From Pyrinomonadaceae bacterium (GTDB lineage Bacteria > Acidobacteriota > Blastocatellia > Pyrinomonadales > Pyrinomonadaceae): a stretch of 64,000 bases of DNA. A program made the translations under genes and the position numbers. Below the pieces are notes generated by a model. That model did not search any database. It saw only the letters and a list, made by a program, of their open reading frames with translations, and was not told the origin of the DNA. Below, in pieces: positions 1 to 11,100 of the stretch (positions within the stretch are counted from its first letter, which is position 1; every line of letters starts with the position of its first letter). Location: positions 11,001 through 75,000 of the forward strand of contig JAUZFQ010000015.1 in the NCBI GenBank assembly GCA_030838445.1, in the 5' to 3' direction.

Positions 1-500
1 GCACGCCCAAGTCTGCGGGCGGCGCGGCCTACTTCCCGAACCACGTTCTGCTGACGCAGGACAACCGCCCCGTCCGTTTCTACGACGATTTAATGAAGGA
101 CAAGATCGTCCTCATCAACTTTCTGTTCACCACCTGCAAGGGCGCGTGCTCGCCGATGACGGCCAACCTCGCGAAGGTGCAGGAACAACTCGGCGCGCAC
201 CTCGGCAAAGAGGTCGTGATGCTCTCGCTCAGCGTTGACCCGGAGACGGACACGCCCGCCGCGCTGAAAAAATACGCCGACAGCTTCAAGGCCAAACCGG
301 GTTGGTATTTTCTGACGGGCAAGAAGGAGAACCTCGACTGGGTGCTCCACAAACTCGGCGGCTACGTCGAAGACAAAAATCAACACGGCCTTAAACTCAT
401 CCTCGGCAACGAGGCAACGGGCGAGTGGGTCAAGCTGCACGCCATGTCGAACCCGACCGAGATCGCGGCGGCCGTCTTGAAGTTGTTACCGGCGAAGTGA
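1..500 (+). CDS. SCO1/SenC-family thioredoxin-fold (copper chaperone-type) protein, 5' end cut by the window edge
   Basis: Frame 3 is open from nt 3. It shows ...VLINFLFTTCKGACSPM..., a CxxxC motif in SCO1/SenC context. The listed ORF 93..500 begins at an internal Met. Confidence 0.75.
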   Translation, partial: TPKSAGGAAYFPNHVLLTQDNRPVRFYDDLMKDKIVLINFLFTTCKGACSPMTANLAKVQEQLGAHLGKEVVMLSLSVDPETDTPAALKKYADSFKAKPGWYFLTGKKENLDWVLHKLGGYVEDKNQHGLKLILGNEATGEWVKLHAMSNPTEIAAAVLKLLPAK

Positions 501-546
501 TCTGAGATGATGCGACAACTTTTGTCGTCGAGGTCATCAACAACAC

Positions 547-2169
547 ATGCGCCCCTTTCGCCGTCGCCTCAAACTCGCTCTGGCCGTCGCCGCCTGCGTC
601 ACTCTAATCTGGCTGGCGTTCGGCGAGCGGGCGGGCGGCGCGCAAAGCGGCGGCGGTAAGCAAGAGCTAACGCCGCAGGAGAAACGCGGCAAGCAGATTT
701 ATCTCAAGGGCGAGGGCGACGGCGGCGCGGAGATCAAGGCGCTGCTCGGCGGCGACAAACTCGAAGTGCCCGCCTCCGCTTTCCCCTGCGCCAACTGCCA
801 CGGGCTGCGCGGTGAAGGCACGCGCGAGGGCGGACTCCAACCACCGCCGATCAACCCGGAGACGCTCGCCGCGCCGCACACTTCCGCGCTGACCCGCCGC
901 GAACGCGCGCCCTACACCGACGCCACACTCGCACGCGCCATCAACGCCGGACTCGACCCTTCCGGCGCGCGTCTCCACCCCGGCATGCCGCAGTATGAGA
1001 CGACGCCCGCGCAGACGGCCGACCTCATCGCCTACCTCAAAAAACTCGGCAAGGAAACCGACCCTGGCGTTGACGACAAGCAAATCAAGATCGGCGCGGC
1101 GTTGCCGTTGACCGGCGCGCTCGCGCAGGTGGGCGAGGACGTGAAGGCCACGCTCACGACTTACTTCGCAGAGGTCAACGCGCAGGGCGGCATCTACGGG
1201 CGGCAGATCGAACTCGTCGTCGTCGATTCGCGCGGCGAGCCTGCCGCGACGCTGGCTGCAACCGAGCGTCTGGTCGAACGCGAAGGCGTCTTCGCGCTCG
1301 TCGCCAGTTTCGACTTGGGCGCGAACGTGGCGACGAACGATTACCTCAAGCGCCGAGAGGTCGCGCTCGTCGGCCCCGTCACGCTCTCGCCGCGCCTGTC
1401 CGTCCCGCCGAACCCGTTCGTCTTCTACCTGCTCCCCACCTTCGGCGAACAGGCGCGCGCGTTAGTTGACTTCGCCGCTGCGAAGTTCGCGCCGCGCACG
1501 GCGCGCGTCGTGATCATCTCCACCGACAACGAGTTTGACGCTGACGCGCGCGCTGGCGCGACGGCGCAAGCGAAACTCCACCCGTTGCAGATCGTGGCGG
1601 AAGAGACTTACGCGGCGGGCGGTTTTCGGGTCGAGGCGGCCATCGAGATGATCGCGGGGAAGAAACCCGACGCGGTCTTCTTCTTCGGCAACGCCGAACA
1701 GTTCGCGCAGTTGACGCGCGGGATGGAAGCGGCGAAGTTGAACAACGCGCTGTTCAGTTCCGTGGTGATGATCGGCCACAGCGCGTTCGACGCGCCCGCC
1801 TCGCTCGCGCCGCAAATTTTTCTCGCCTACCCGGCGGCCTTGCCCGGCGCGGACGACTTCACCGAGTTCGTCAACGCCATGCGCAAGGCGAACGTCAAAC
1901 TCGGCAGCCCGGCGTTTCAGGCCGTCGCCTATGGGGCGGCGAAGACGTTCGTCGAGGCGACGAAACTCAGCGGCCGTCAACTCTCGCGTGCCGCGCTGCT
2001 CTCATCGCTCGAAGGATTGAGAGACTTCAAGACCGGCGTCGTCCCGCCGCTGACCTTCGGCGCGAACCGGCGCGTCGGCGCGAGCGGTTCTTACATCGTC
2101 GGCGTTGACCTGACGAAGAAGCAGTACGTCCCACTCGGCGCGCGCCTCGTGCCGAAGGACAAGAAGTGA
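547..2169 (+). CDS. Fusion protein: N-terminal signal/TM segment, mono-haem cytochrome c domain, and type-I periplasmic binding protein (LivK/branched-chain amino acid binding-like)
   Basis: Hydrophobic N-terminus, CANCH haem-binding motif (FPCANCHGLRGEG), then IKIGAALPLTGALAQVGEDVK...GGIYGRQIELVVVDSRGEP, typical of PBP1 ABC substrate-binding proteins. Confidence 0.7.
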   Translation: MRPFRRRLKLALAVAACVTLIWLAFGERAGGAQSGGGKQELTPQEKRGKQIYLKGEGDGGAEIKALLGGDKLEVPASAFPCANCHGLRGEGTREGGLQPPPINPETLAAPHTSALTRRERAPYTDATLARAINAGLDPSGARLHPGMPQYETTPAQTADLIAYLKKLGKETDPGVDDKQIKIGAALPLTGALAQVGEDVKATLTTYFAEVNAQGGIYGRQIELVVVDSRGEPAATLAATERLVEREGVFALVASFDLGANVATNDYLKRREVALVGPVTLSPRLSVPPNPFVFYLLPTFGEQARALVDFAAAKFAPRTARVVIISTDNEFDADARAGATAQAKLHPLQIVAEETYAAGGFRVEAAIEMIAGKKPDAVFFFGNAEQFAQLTRGMEAAKLNNALFSSVVMIGHSAFDAPASLAPQIFLAYPAALPGADDFTEFVNAMRKANVKLGSPAFQAVAYGAAKTFVEATKLSGRQLSRAALLSSLEGLRDFKTGVVPPLTFGANRRVGASGSYIVGVDLTKKQYVPLGARLVPKDKK

Positions 2170-2251
2170 AACCTGACCCGCCGCTCTCATACTGATCACG
2201 ACGTCTCAACGTGATCCGAAGTCGCAGTTAAGCTGTGCTGCGTAGACGCCA

Positions 2252-3196
2252 ATGACGCCCGCTTCGTCTGACTTGGAACAAAAGCCCGCCGCCGCGACTC
2301 TAAGGGTTTTAATGCTTCACATCAAAAATCTGAAGAAGACTTACGCGAGCCACGTGCTGGCGCTGAAGGGCGTCAGCCTCGAAATTACTTCGGGCATGTT
2401 CGGGCTGCTCGGGCCGAACGGCGCGGGCAAGACGACGCTGATGAAGATACTCGCGACGCTGCTCGAACCCGACTCCGGCGCGGCCGAGATGAACGGCGTT
2501 GATTTGATCGCCGACAAGGGCGGCGCGCGGCGGATGCTCGGCTACTTGCCGCAGGAGTTCGGGTTGTACCCGTCGCTGACGGCGACGCAGACGCTCGACT
2601 ACTTCGCCAAGCTCAAAGGCGTGACGGACGCGAAAGAGCGCACGGCGTTGATTGACGCGCTGTTGGAGCGCGTCAATTTGTCGGCGTCGCGGAAGCAGAA
2701 GGTCGGCGAGTTTTCGGGCGGGATGCGTCAGCGTCTCGGCATCGCGCAGGCACTCATCGCGCAGCCGTCGCTCGTCATCGTTGACGAACCCACGGCCGGA
2801 CTCGACCCCGAAGAGCGCGTGCGCTTTCACAATTTGCTCTCCGACACCGCGGGCGAGAACCGCGTGGTCATCCTCTCCACACACATCGTCTCCGACGTGT
2901 CGAACCTGTGCGGGCAGATGGCGATCATCCGGCAGGGCGAAATTCTCGCCGCGCGCACGCCGCGCGAGGCCGTGGCCGAACTCGCCGGATCGATCTGGGA
3001 AGCCGTCGTGCCGCGCGAAAGCGTCGCGGGGTTGAAGTCGCGCCTCCGCACGATCTCCACGCACATGTTCGACGGGCAGACGCGGCTGCGCGTCGTCTCG
3101 AAGGGCGCGCGGCCGGGCGACGAGTTCACGCCCGCCGTCCCGACGCTCGAAGACTATTACCTGCATCTGGTCAGCCAGACGGGGAGCGCCGCGTGA
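2252..3196 (+). CDS. ABC transporter ATP-binding protein
   Basis: Walker A GPNGAGKTT, signature FSGGMRQRL, Walker B LVIVDEPTAGLD. An alternative start is possible at 2312 (MLHIKNLKKTY). Confidence 0.9.
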   Translation: MTPASSDLEQKPAAATLRVLMLHIKNLKKTYASHVLALKGVSLEITSGMFGLLGPNGAGKTTLMKILATLLEPDSGAAEMNGVDLIADKGGARRMLGYLPQEFGLYPSLTATQTLDYFAKLKGVTDAKERTALIDALLERVNLSASRKQKVGEFSGGMRQRLGIAQALIAQPSLVIVDEPTAGLDPEERVRFHNLLSDTAGENRVVILSTHIVSDVSNLCGQMAIIRQGEILAARTPREAVAELAGSIWEAVVPRESVAGLKSRLRTISTHMFDGQTRLRVVSKGARPGDEFTPAVPTLEDYYLHLVSQTGSAA

Positions 3197-3197
3197 G

Positions 3198-5030
3198 ATG
3201 AGGAACCCCGCACGCACGCCTTTCGCCGCCGTCTTCTACAACGAGTTGTTGCTCAGCTCGAAACGCGTCGTCCCCTACGCACTGATGGTGCTGTTCAGCG
3301 CGCACGCCGTCCTATGGTGGGGTTGGAGCGCTGCCGCGCAGTACGGCTGGGCGACGAACGGCGACTTCAACATCGTCAGAAACTTTCAGGGCTTCTCATT
3401 TCTACTGGGGCTGCCGATCTTCACCGCCGTCATCATGGGCGACCCCGTGATCAGAGACGTGCGCGCGGGCGTCGAGCCGCTCATCTTTTCCAAGCCCATC
3501 AGCCGCGCCGCCTACCTGCTCGGAAAATTCTTCGGCAACTTCTTCGTGCTCCTCTGCTGCCAGTCGGCCTTCGCGCTGACGATGTTGCTGTTGCAGTGGT
3601 ATCCCACGACGCGTCTCGTCGTGCAGCCCGTGCGCGTCTTCCCCTACTTCAAACACTTCCTGTGTCTCGTCGTCGTCTCGCATCTCTTGCTGGCCGCCGT
3701 CTACTTCACCGTCGGCACGCTCACACGCAACGCCAAGATCGTTTACGCCGCGGCCGTCTCTTTCTACCCGCTCTACATCGGCTATCAAGTGCTCGTTTTG
3801 AGACCCTTGCCCGAGCGTTGGCGCGTGGCGCTCGACCCCATGCTGATGAGCGCGGGCAGCATCCCGCGCCCGCTCTGGGAGGACGCGGCGAGCGTCAACC
3901 GGATCGTCGTCACTTACAGCCCGGACATGATCGCGAACCGCGTCTTGATGCTCCTCTTCGCGGCCGCCTGCCTGACGTTCCTCTACGCCCGCTTCGTCCG
4001 CTCGGCGCGACTCTCCAAGCACGCGGGTGATCAAAGCGGCGTGACGATGCTCAACCTCGCGCCCGCCGCCGAATGGCTCGACGCCGGGGAGAGTTCGCGC
4101 GCGGCGCGCGACGAGGCGCTGGCGGAAGTCGCCCCTACGGCGGAGAAAGTGCCGCTACCCGTCGTCAACACGGCGGGCGAGGAATTTCAAACGAACCTGA
4201 GAAAGTTGACGGCGGCGTTGATGCTTGAGTTCCGACTCCTGCGCGCCGAACGCAGCCTCGTGTTGATCGTCCCGCTCGTCGTGTTCCTCTCGACGCTGGA
4301 GGTGACCTTTTACGCAGTCAACGCGGACATCTCCTACAGCGCGACTTACGCGAGCAACACGGCGCAGTCGGTGTCTCTGTTTCTCTATGCGATCACCATC
4401 TTCTACACGGGCGAGGCCATGCACCGCGACCGGGAGTTGCGGATCGAGCCGCTCCTGTGGAGCGCGCCCGCCCCGAACTACGTGTTGCTGCTGGCAAAAT
4501 TTCTCGCGCCCGTCGTGCTCAGCCTCGTGCTCGTCGCGCTCGTCGGCCTGACGGCAAACGTGGTGCAAATTTATCGCGGCCACGCGCCCAACGAGGTCGC
4601 TGCCTACCTGCTGGTCTACACGTTGATCCTGATTCCGAGCGTCGTCTTCATCACCGCCGCGTCGGTGCTGGCAAACGTCCTGCTGCGTGACAAGTACCTC
4701 GCCTACGCGGCAAGCATCGCGACGGGCGGCGGGCTGTTTTACCTTTACAGTCAGGGCTACAACCACTGGCTCTACAACCCGGTGCTCTATCAACTCTGGA
4801 CATACGCCGATCTAAACGGCGCGGGCAGCAACCGTGCGCGCATCCTGACGCACAGAATTTACTGGCTCGCCCTCGCCGCCGCGTGTCTCTCGCTCGCGCT
4901 CGTCTGCCTGCGGCGCAAATCAACGAGCGGACTGCGGGGCGACGCGCGCAGCCGGGCGGCGTTGACCTTAGTCGTCTCAATCGCGATAGCGGTCGCAGCA
5001 GGCTACGTCATCGTTTCAACCGCGCGTTGA
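3198..5030 (+). CDS. Large polytopic ABC-2-type transporter permease (about 12 predicted TM segments in two halves)
   Basis: Starts 2 nt after the ATPase stop. Long hydrophobic segments occur in two blocks separated by a charged linker. No catalytic motifs seen. Confidence 0.6.
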   Translation: MRNPARTPFAAVFYNELLLSSKRVVPYALMVLFSAHAVLWWGWSAAAQYGWATNGDFNIVRNFQGFSFLLGLPIFTAVIMGDPVIRDVRAGVEPLIFSKPISRAAYLLGKFFGNFFVLLCCQSAFALTMLLLQWYPTTRLVVQPVRVFPYFKHFLCLVVVSHLLLAAVYFTVGTLTRNAKIVYAAAVSFYPLYIGYQVLVLRPLPERWRVALDPMLMSAGSIPRPLWEDAASVNRIVVTYSPDMIANRVLMLLFAAACLTFLYARFVRSARLSKHAGDQSGVTMLNLAPAAEWLDAGESSRAARDEALAEVAPTAEKVPLPVVNTAGEEFQTNLRKLTAALMLEFRLLRAERSLVLIVPLVVFLSTLEVTFYAVNADISYSATYASNTAQSVSLFLYAITIFYTGEAMHRDRELRIEPLLWSAPAPNYVLLLAKFLAPVVLSLVLVALVGLTANVVQIYRGHAPNEVAAYLLVYTLILIPSVVFITAASVLANVLLRDKYLAYAASIATGGGLFYLYSQGYNHWLYNPVLYQLWTYADLNGAGSNRARILTHRIYWLALAAACLSLALVCLRRKSTSGLRGDARSRAALTLVVSIAIAVAAGYVIVSTAR

Positions 5031-5037
5031 CCAAAAG

Positions 5038-5061
5038 AAAGGCCACCCGAAGGTAGCCTTT
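5038..5061. terminator. Bidirectional hairpin between convergent genes
   Basis: AAAGGCCACC-CGAA-GGTAGCCTTT (9/10 bp). On the minus strand it is followed by TTTCTTTTGG, and it lies 57 nt downstream of the giant gene stop. Confidence 0.5.
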
Positions 5062-5118
5062 GATATCGTTTCTCATTCCGCACAAGACTCTCGCCCCGCG
5101 TTCATTCGAGCGCGAAGA

Positions 5119-8100
5119 TCAAGGCGACTTCCCGGCGCGATCCCACGTCGCCCGCCCGCCGTGGAGGGTGAAGGCGATGCCGTTGATCGTGCGGTTCGCC
5201 AAACCGATCTGTGCCGCAGGGACTTCAAGCCTGACCCACTGGCCGACGGGCGGCAACGCGCCCATGTAACGGCGCGAGTCCGTGCCGTCCGTGCCCCAGG
5301 GAATGTAGTTCGCGCCCCAGTACGCGCGGTGATCCCATACCCCGTCATTCCATTGCAGCATTATCTCGTTCGGGATGTTCGCCGGGTCGAGGTAGATGTA
5401 GGCGATGAGCTTGTCGTTGGCGTTGATCGCCAGCGTGGTCGTCGCGTTGTAGAAGTAGTGCTGATGGATGCCGCCAAAGATGTTCGATTGGTGCGCGGCC
5501 GTGCCGGAGAACGGCGGCGGGTTGGTGCTCACCCAGTTCCAGCCCTCGAAGTCGCCGCCGCTGACCGCGCCCGCAGGTAGAGCATCTTCGACATACACCA
5601 CCTCGCCCGTCGTCGGCGGCGTGGGAGTTGGTGTCGGCGTCGGCGTGGGCGTCGGAGTTGGCGTGGGAGTGGGAGTTGGTGTCGGTGTTGGTGTTGGGGT
5701 CGGCGTCGGCGTCGGGGTGGGCGACCCCGACGAGGACTTACCGGTACGATCCCAGGTGGCGCGACCGCCGTAGAGTGTGAAGGCCATCCCGTTGAGCGTC
5801 TTGCCTTCGAGGCCGAGTTGCGCCGCGGGCACTTCAAGCCTGACCCACTGGCCTGCCGGTGGCAACGCGCCCATGTAGCGACGCGAAGCCGTGCCGTCCG
5901 TCCCCCACGGAATAATGTTCGCGCCCCAGTAGGCGCGATGCTCCCAGATGCCGTCGTTCCATTGCAGCATGATCTCCGACGGCACGTTCGCCGGGTCGAG
6001 ATAGACATAAGTCACCAGCCGCTCGCCGCTATTGACGGGGAAGGTGCTCGTCGCGTTGTAGAAGTAGTGTTGATGCGTGCCGCCGAAGATGTTCGACTGG
6101 TGTGCGGCCGTGCCGGAGAACGGCGGCGGGTTGGTGCTCACCCAGTTCCAGCCTTCCGCGTCACCGCCAAGAGCGCCGCCCGTCGGAACGGCGTCTTCAA
6201 ACCACACCACGTCGCCGCCGGGTGTGGGCGTCGGCGTGGGAGTGGGCGTAGGTGTCGGCGTCGCGCTCGGCGTCGGGGTGGGCGTCGGGGTTGGCGTGGG
6301 TGTTGGAGTTGGTGTCGGTGTCGGCGTCGGAGTTGGGGTCGGCGTCACTGACCCGTTTGATTTGCCCGCGCGATCCCAGGTGGCGCGACCGCCGTAGAGC
6401 GTGAAGGCCATGCCGTTAAGCGTCTTGCCTTCGAGGCCGATCTGACTGGCCGGGACTTCGAGCCTGACCCACTGACCGGCGGGCGGCAGTGCGCCCATGT
6501 AACGGCGGCTGGCTGTGCCATCCGTACCCCACGGAATAATGTTCGCGCCCCAGTAGGCGCGGTGCTCCCATACCCCGTCGTTCCACTGCAACATCATCTC
6601 GCCGGGAGTGTTCGCCGGGTCGAGATAGACGTAAGTGATTAACTTGTCACCGGCGTTGACCGCGAGTGTGCCGGTCGCGTTGTAGAAATAGTGCTGGTGC
6701 GTGCCGCCGAAGATGTTCGACTGGTGCGCGGAGAGGCCGGAGAACGGCGGCGGGTTCGTCCCCACCCAGTTCCAGCCCTCGCTATCTCCCCCCAGAATGC
6801 CGCCCGTCGGCACTGCATCCTCAATCCAGATCACATCGCCCAACGGCGTCGGGGTCGGGGTGGGTGTCGGCGTCGGAGGAGGCGGCGTCGGCGTCGGCGT
6901 AGCCGTAGGGGTAGGCGTAGGTGTCGGTGTTGGGGTTGGCGTGGGCGTCGGAGTGGGCGTCGGAGTGGGCGTAGCTGTAGGTGTGGGCGTTGGAGTTGGT
7001 GTTGGTGTCGGAGTTGGAGTAGGCGTCGGAGTTGGTGTCGGAGTAGGCGTCGGGGTCGGAGTGTTGTTGACGACGACGCTCACCGGACTTGAAGTCGTGG
7101 AAGCTCCGGCGGCGTCGGTGGCTTTGGCGTTGATGGTGTAGCTGCCCGCTGCGACGTTGTTCCAGGTGAACGTGTAGGGCGCAATCGTGTCCGTGCCGAG
7201 CAGCGCGCCGTTGGCGTAAAACTCTACCTTGCCGACCGCGCCCTCGGCGTCCGTGGCGTTGGCGGCGATGGAGATGCTGGCCGGGGCGGTGAAACTCGCA
7301 TTGTTGGCCGGACTCGTGAGACTGACTGACGGGGGCGTGTTGGCGGGCGGCTGCGCTCCCCCGGACGCCACTTTCACGGTCAGGAAATTGGTCGCTTGAT
7401 TGGCGACGTTCGATTGCCCGGTGAGGTACACGTTGCCCGCCGGGTCAATCGCCATATCGTAGACGAGATCGTTCGAGAACCCTGTGGGGCGATGCACCCA
7501 CTCGCGCGTGCCGTCGGGTTTGTACTTGATGGTCGTGAAGTCGTAGTCAGCCCCGGTCTGCGATTGGAGCGCGACGTAGGCATTACCGGCGGCGTCCAAG
7601 ACCAACTGGTTGTCGCCGTCCCACTTGCCCGGGCTGCCGTAGGTGCGTTCCCACAGCAGCGTGCCGCTGGGGTCATACTTGAGCGTGACGGCATCTGCGT
7701 TCTGAAAGTCGGCTTCGAGCGAGTCGCCGGTGGCGTAGATGTTGCCGCCGTCGTCAATGGCGATCTCCCTGATGATGTCGTTGTCGGGCGCGCTCCAGTT
7801 ACGACTCCACAGGAGCGAGCCGCCGCCGTTGTATTTCAACAACAGGAAGTCGCGCCGGTTGTCGCCCGGCCAGTTGAAACCGAAGACGCAGACGTTGCCC
7901 TGCTTGTCGAGCGCGAGGCCGTTGGCGGTCTCGATGTCGAACCCCGTTTCACTCTCCGGCGCGTCGAATTGCGCCGCCCACAGAGTGTTGCCCGCCGGGT
8001 CGTACTTGACGGTGTAGATGTCTTGCTCGCCGCCGCACGTGGCGGTCGTGACGCTGCCGGTGACGTAGATGTTGCCCGCCGCGTCCACCTCCAAATCTTC

Positions 8101-11100
8101 CGCGCCCGCGCCGCACTGGCCGTAGCCGTCGAAGCGACGCACCCACGCCTGCGTGCCGTCGGGGGCATACTTCACGGTGGCGTAGCCGAAGCCGATCCGG
8201 GAGTTGACCGGGCCGCCCGTCGAGTAGCCGGTGACGTAGACGTTGCCCGCCGCGTCTAGTTTGAGGCTCGTCGCCTGATCGTCCCGGCTCGCCGTCCCGT
8301 CGTAATACTTGACCCACAACTGTGTCCCGGCGGAGTTGTATTTGATGGTCACGTAGTCGTACTCGGTCAGGTCGCTATACGCGTAACCGGCGACGTAGAC
8401 GTTGCCCGCGCCGTCAACGGCGATGGCGGCCGGGGCATCTATGTAACCGCCCGCGCCCGCGAAGCGACGCGCCCACTGCTCCGCGCCCGCGGCGTTGTAC
8501 TTGACCGTCACGATGTCTTTGTCGGCGTCGTCGCCCGCGGCGTTGTTGGACGTGCCGGCGACGTAGACGTTGCCTGCGCCGTCAACAGCCACGCGCGCGG
8601 CCGCATCCGCATCGCTCGCCGCGCCGTTATACGACGCGCCCCATGCCGTGGGCGGGGCATTCGGATCGGTCGGCGTCACTCCCGGCGGGAGCGGCCCGGC
8701 CGCCTCGAAATTTTGCGACGCGCCGGGGGGCAGACCGCTCCAACTCGCCGAGGGCGGGGCGAACGTGTAATCGGTCTTCGCGGGCGACAGTTTGAGCGCC
8801 GCGCCCTGCGACAGCGGGCCGACGGAGTAATTGCCGCCCGCGTCCGTCAGCGCCGTCCGCACCACCTCGCCCGTCGCAGTGCGCGTAACGGTCAACGTCA
8901 CGCCCGCGATGGGGATCGACTTCTCCGGCGTGCTCAGTTGGTGGAGCACGCGCCCGGTGATGTAGAGAGTCGGATTCGGGTCAACGAACTTCAAGATGAC
9001 GGTCGGCGAGTTGGCGCTGCGCGCCTCGGCGTCGTCGACGGCGACCGCCCAGAAGTTGTGCGTGCTCTCACGCGTCTCGCGGAAGGTGACGCTGTAGGGC
9101 GCGGTCGTGTCCGTCCCGATGAGCGCGCCGTCAGCCCAGAAGTTGACGCGGTTGATCGCGCCGTCCGTGTCGGTCGCCTGTGCCGTAATCACAACGTCCG
9201 TGTTGATGGCGACCTGTGCGTTGTTCGCCGGACTGGTGATGCTCGCCGTCGGCGCGACGTTGGCGACGACAGAATTGATCGTCACGTTGACGGGACTCGA
9301 CAACTTGACGTTGCCGGAGTTGTCCACGGCCTTGACCGTGAGCGCGTGCGCGCCCGTCGTGGGGTTGTTCCAACGGAAGGTATAGGGGGCGACGTAATCG
9401 CTGCCGAGCAGGATTGAGTCCGCGTAGAACTCGACGGCCGTGACCGTGCCGTCGGAATCAGTGGCCGAGGCGTTGATGTTGACGTGGGTGACGGCGTTGA
9501 ACGTCGCGTTGTTGGCGGGGCTGGTGATGGCCGCGGTCGGCGGGTTGTTCAAGGGCGTCGGCGTCGGGGTCGGCGTGGGCGTGGGCGTCGGGTCTCCGGC
9601 GCGGCGGATGCTCACGTTGTCGAAGAAGGATTTATTCAAACTCTCGCCGTTGCCGGAGGCGACGAACAGCCCGGCGTAGGCGTTAGTCGGCAGCGCAATC
9701 GTCTCCGTCGCCGCGAGCGTATACGTCTGGCCGTCGGGCGAGACGTAACATTTGAACACGTTGCCGGTGCGGTTGATCTTGAGCCAGTAAGGCGCGCGAC
9801 CAGCGCCGCCGTATGTCCACGTCGTCGGGTTGTTCGGCTCGTAACGACGATAGACTTCCAGCCCGTCGTAACCGCCGACCACGTTCAGGGAGATGTGACG
9901 CGCGCTGGCCGTCAGGCTCTCGCGGAACATGACGCCGGTGAGACTGATGTTCGATGTGTTGTCGAGACGCGAGACGCGCGCGACGATCTCGCCGTCGCCG
10001 TTCAGAGGTTGGAAGGTGTAGTGGAACGAATCGGCGGGCGAGCCGTGGACGATCTGGCCTGCGCCTTCGACCGCGATGTTGCCGCCGTACTGGTTGGCCT
10101 TGCCCGCCACGCCGACCGCGCCGATGTCTTGATCGAGCCAGGGGGCGGCGGGCGGCGCAGGCGGCACGGGGAAAGTTGATGTCGGGAAAGGGCGGTATAG
10201 CGGATCGCCGAGGTAGACCATGTGCCACTTCAGCCAGAGCGTGTGGCGAAGCAGCGCGTCGCCGACGTTCGCGCCGCGAAAGAGGTCGCGGAGGATGCCG
10301 TCAACGCGCGGCTGTGCTTCGGTGAACGGTTCGGTGATCGAACCGGCCGTGACGGTGAGACCGTGCGCGATGGCGTTGGGAATCCAGCCCGTGCCGCCGC
10401 GCGGGTTGTTGGCCGCCGCGCTCTCTAGGTGGAAGCCGATTGAACCTTGCGCCCAACTGAACGCGTCGTTATACAGGAGCAGGCTGTGCCAACCGGCGTA
10501 GAGCGCGGCGTTGTCACAACGCGGGGGTGCGGGCGACGTGCCGAACAGAGCCTCGTAAGAATCTTCGATAACGTCGAAGCCCTTCTCGCGCGCAAACTCC
10601 GCCGCGCGGAAGATGTTCCAGTCAGGCTCAAGGTAGCCAACGTCGGCCTGCGTGTAGACCAACTGTCCGCGGTTGCGGTCGAAGCAGCCGCGCCCGCGCA
10701 ACCCTTGTGTCTCCGCCGTGATGGCTTTGTCTACAAGTCCTTTGGCGAGGGCGGCGCTCGGCGCGTCCAGACGCCACACCGAGTAGACGTTCTTCGCTCC
10801 AGCCTCATCGCGGTAGTTGGCGAGCGTGTGCAGAGGCGTGTAGATGTTCGCCTGCGTCTGCTGCTCGGCGTAGTAGGGGTTGTCGAGAGTTGAAGGTTCG
10901 ATCTCGTCCCACACGTCGGCGAGAAATTGATCGAGCGAACGGCCGCCCTCCGGCTGTCCCTGCGGCGGGGCTTCCCCGATCTCGAAGGGGACTTTGAAGC
11001 TGTTGACGATGTAAAGAATGTTCTGCCGCCCCACGAGGTTGAGACACTGTTGGACGGGAGCTTTGACGGTGCTCAAAAATTCGGCGTAGCTGAGATAGAC

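Larger units (their letters stand above)
5122..6844 (-). repeat. Three tandem copies of a ~165-aa domain (about 490 nt each, period 609-624 nt) at the C-terminus of the giant protein
   Basis: Copies at about 5122-5608, 5723-6220 and 6347-6844 share motifs such as [32 protein letters not shown]...[45 protein letters not shown]...[14 protein letters not shown], with long identical DNA stretches. Confidence 0.9.

Noticed and set aside
5468-7141. Plus-strand ORFs translating to long GVGVGV runs (5468..5773, 6077..6397, 6701..7141), and the regular spacing of these repeats, which can superficially resemble a repeat-spacer array.
   Set aside because: They are the antisense strand of the (Pro-Thr)n linkers inside the 6.3-kb minus-strand ORF. 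The intervening 'spacers' are near-identical protein-domain copies, so this is neither a CRISPR array nor real GV-rich proteins.
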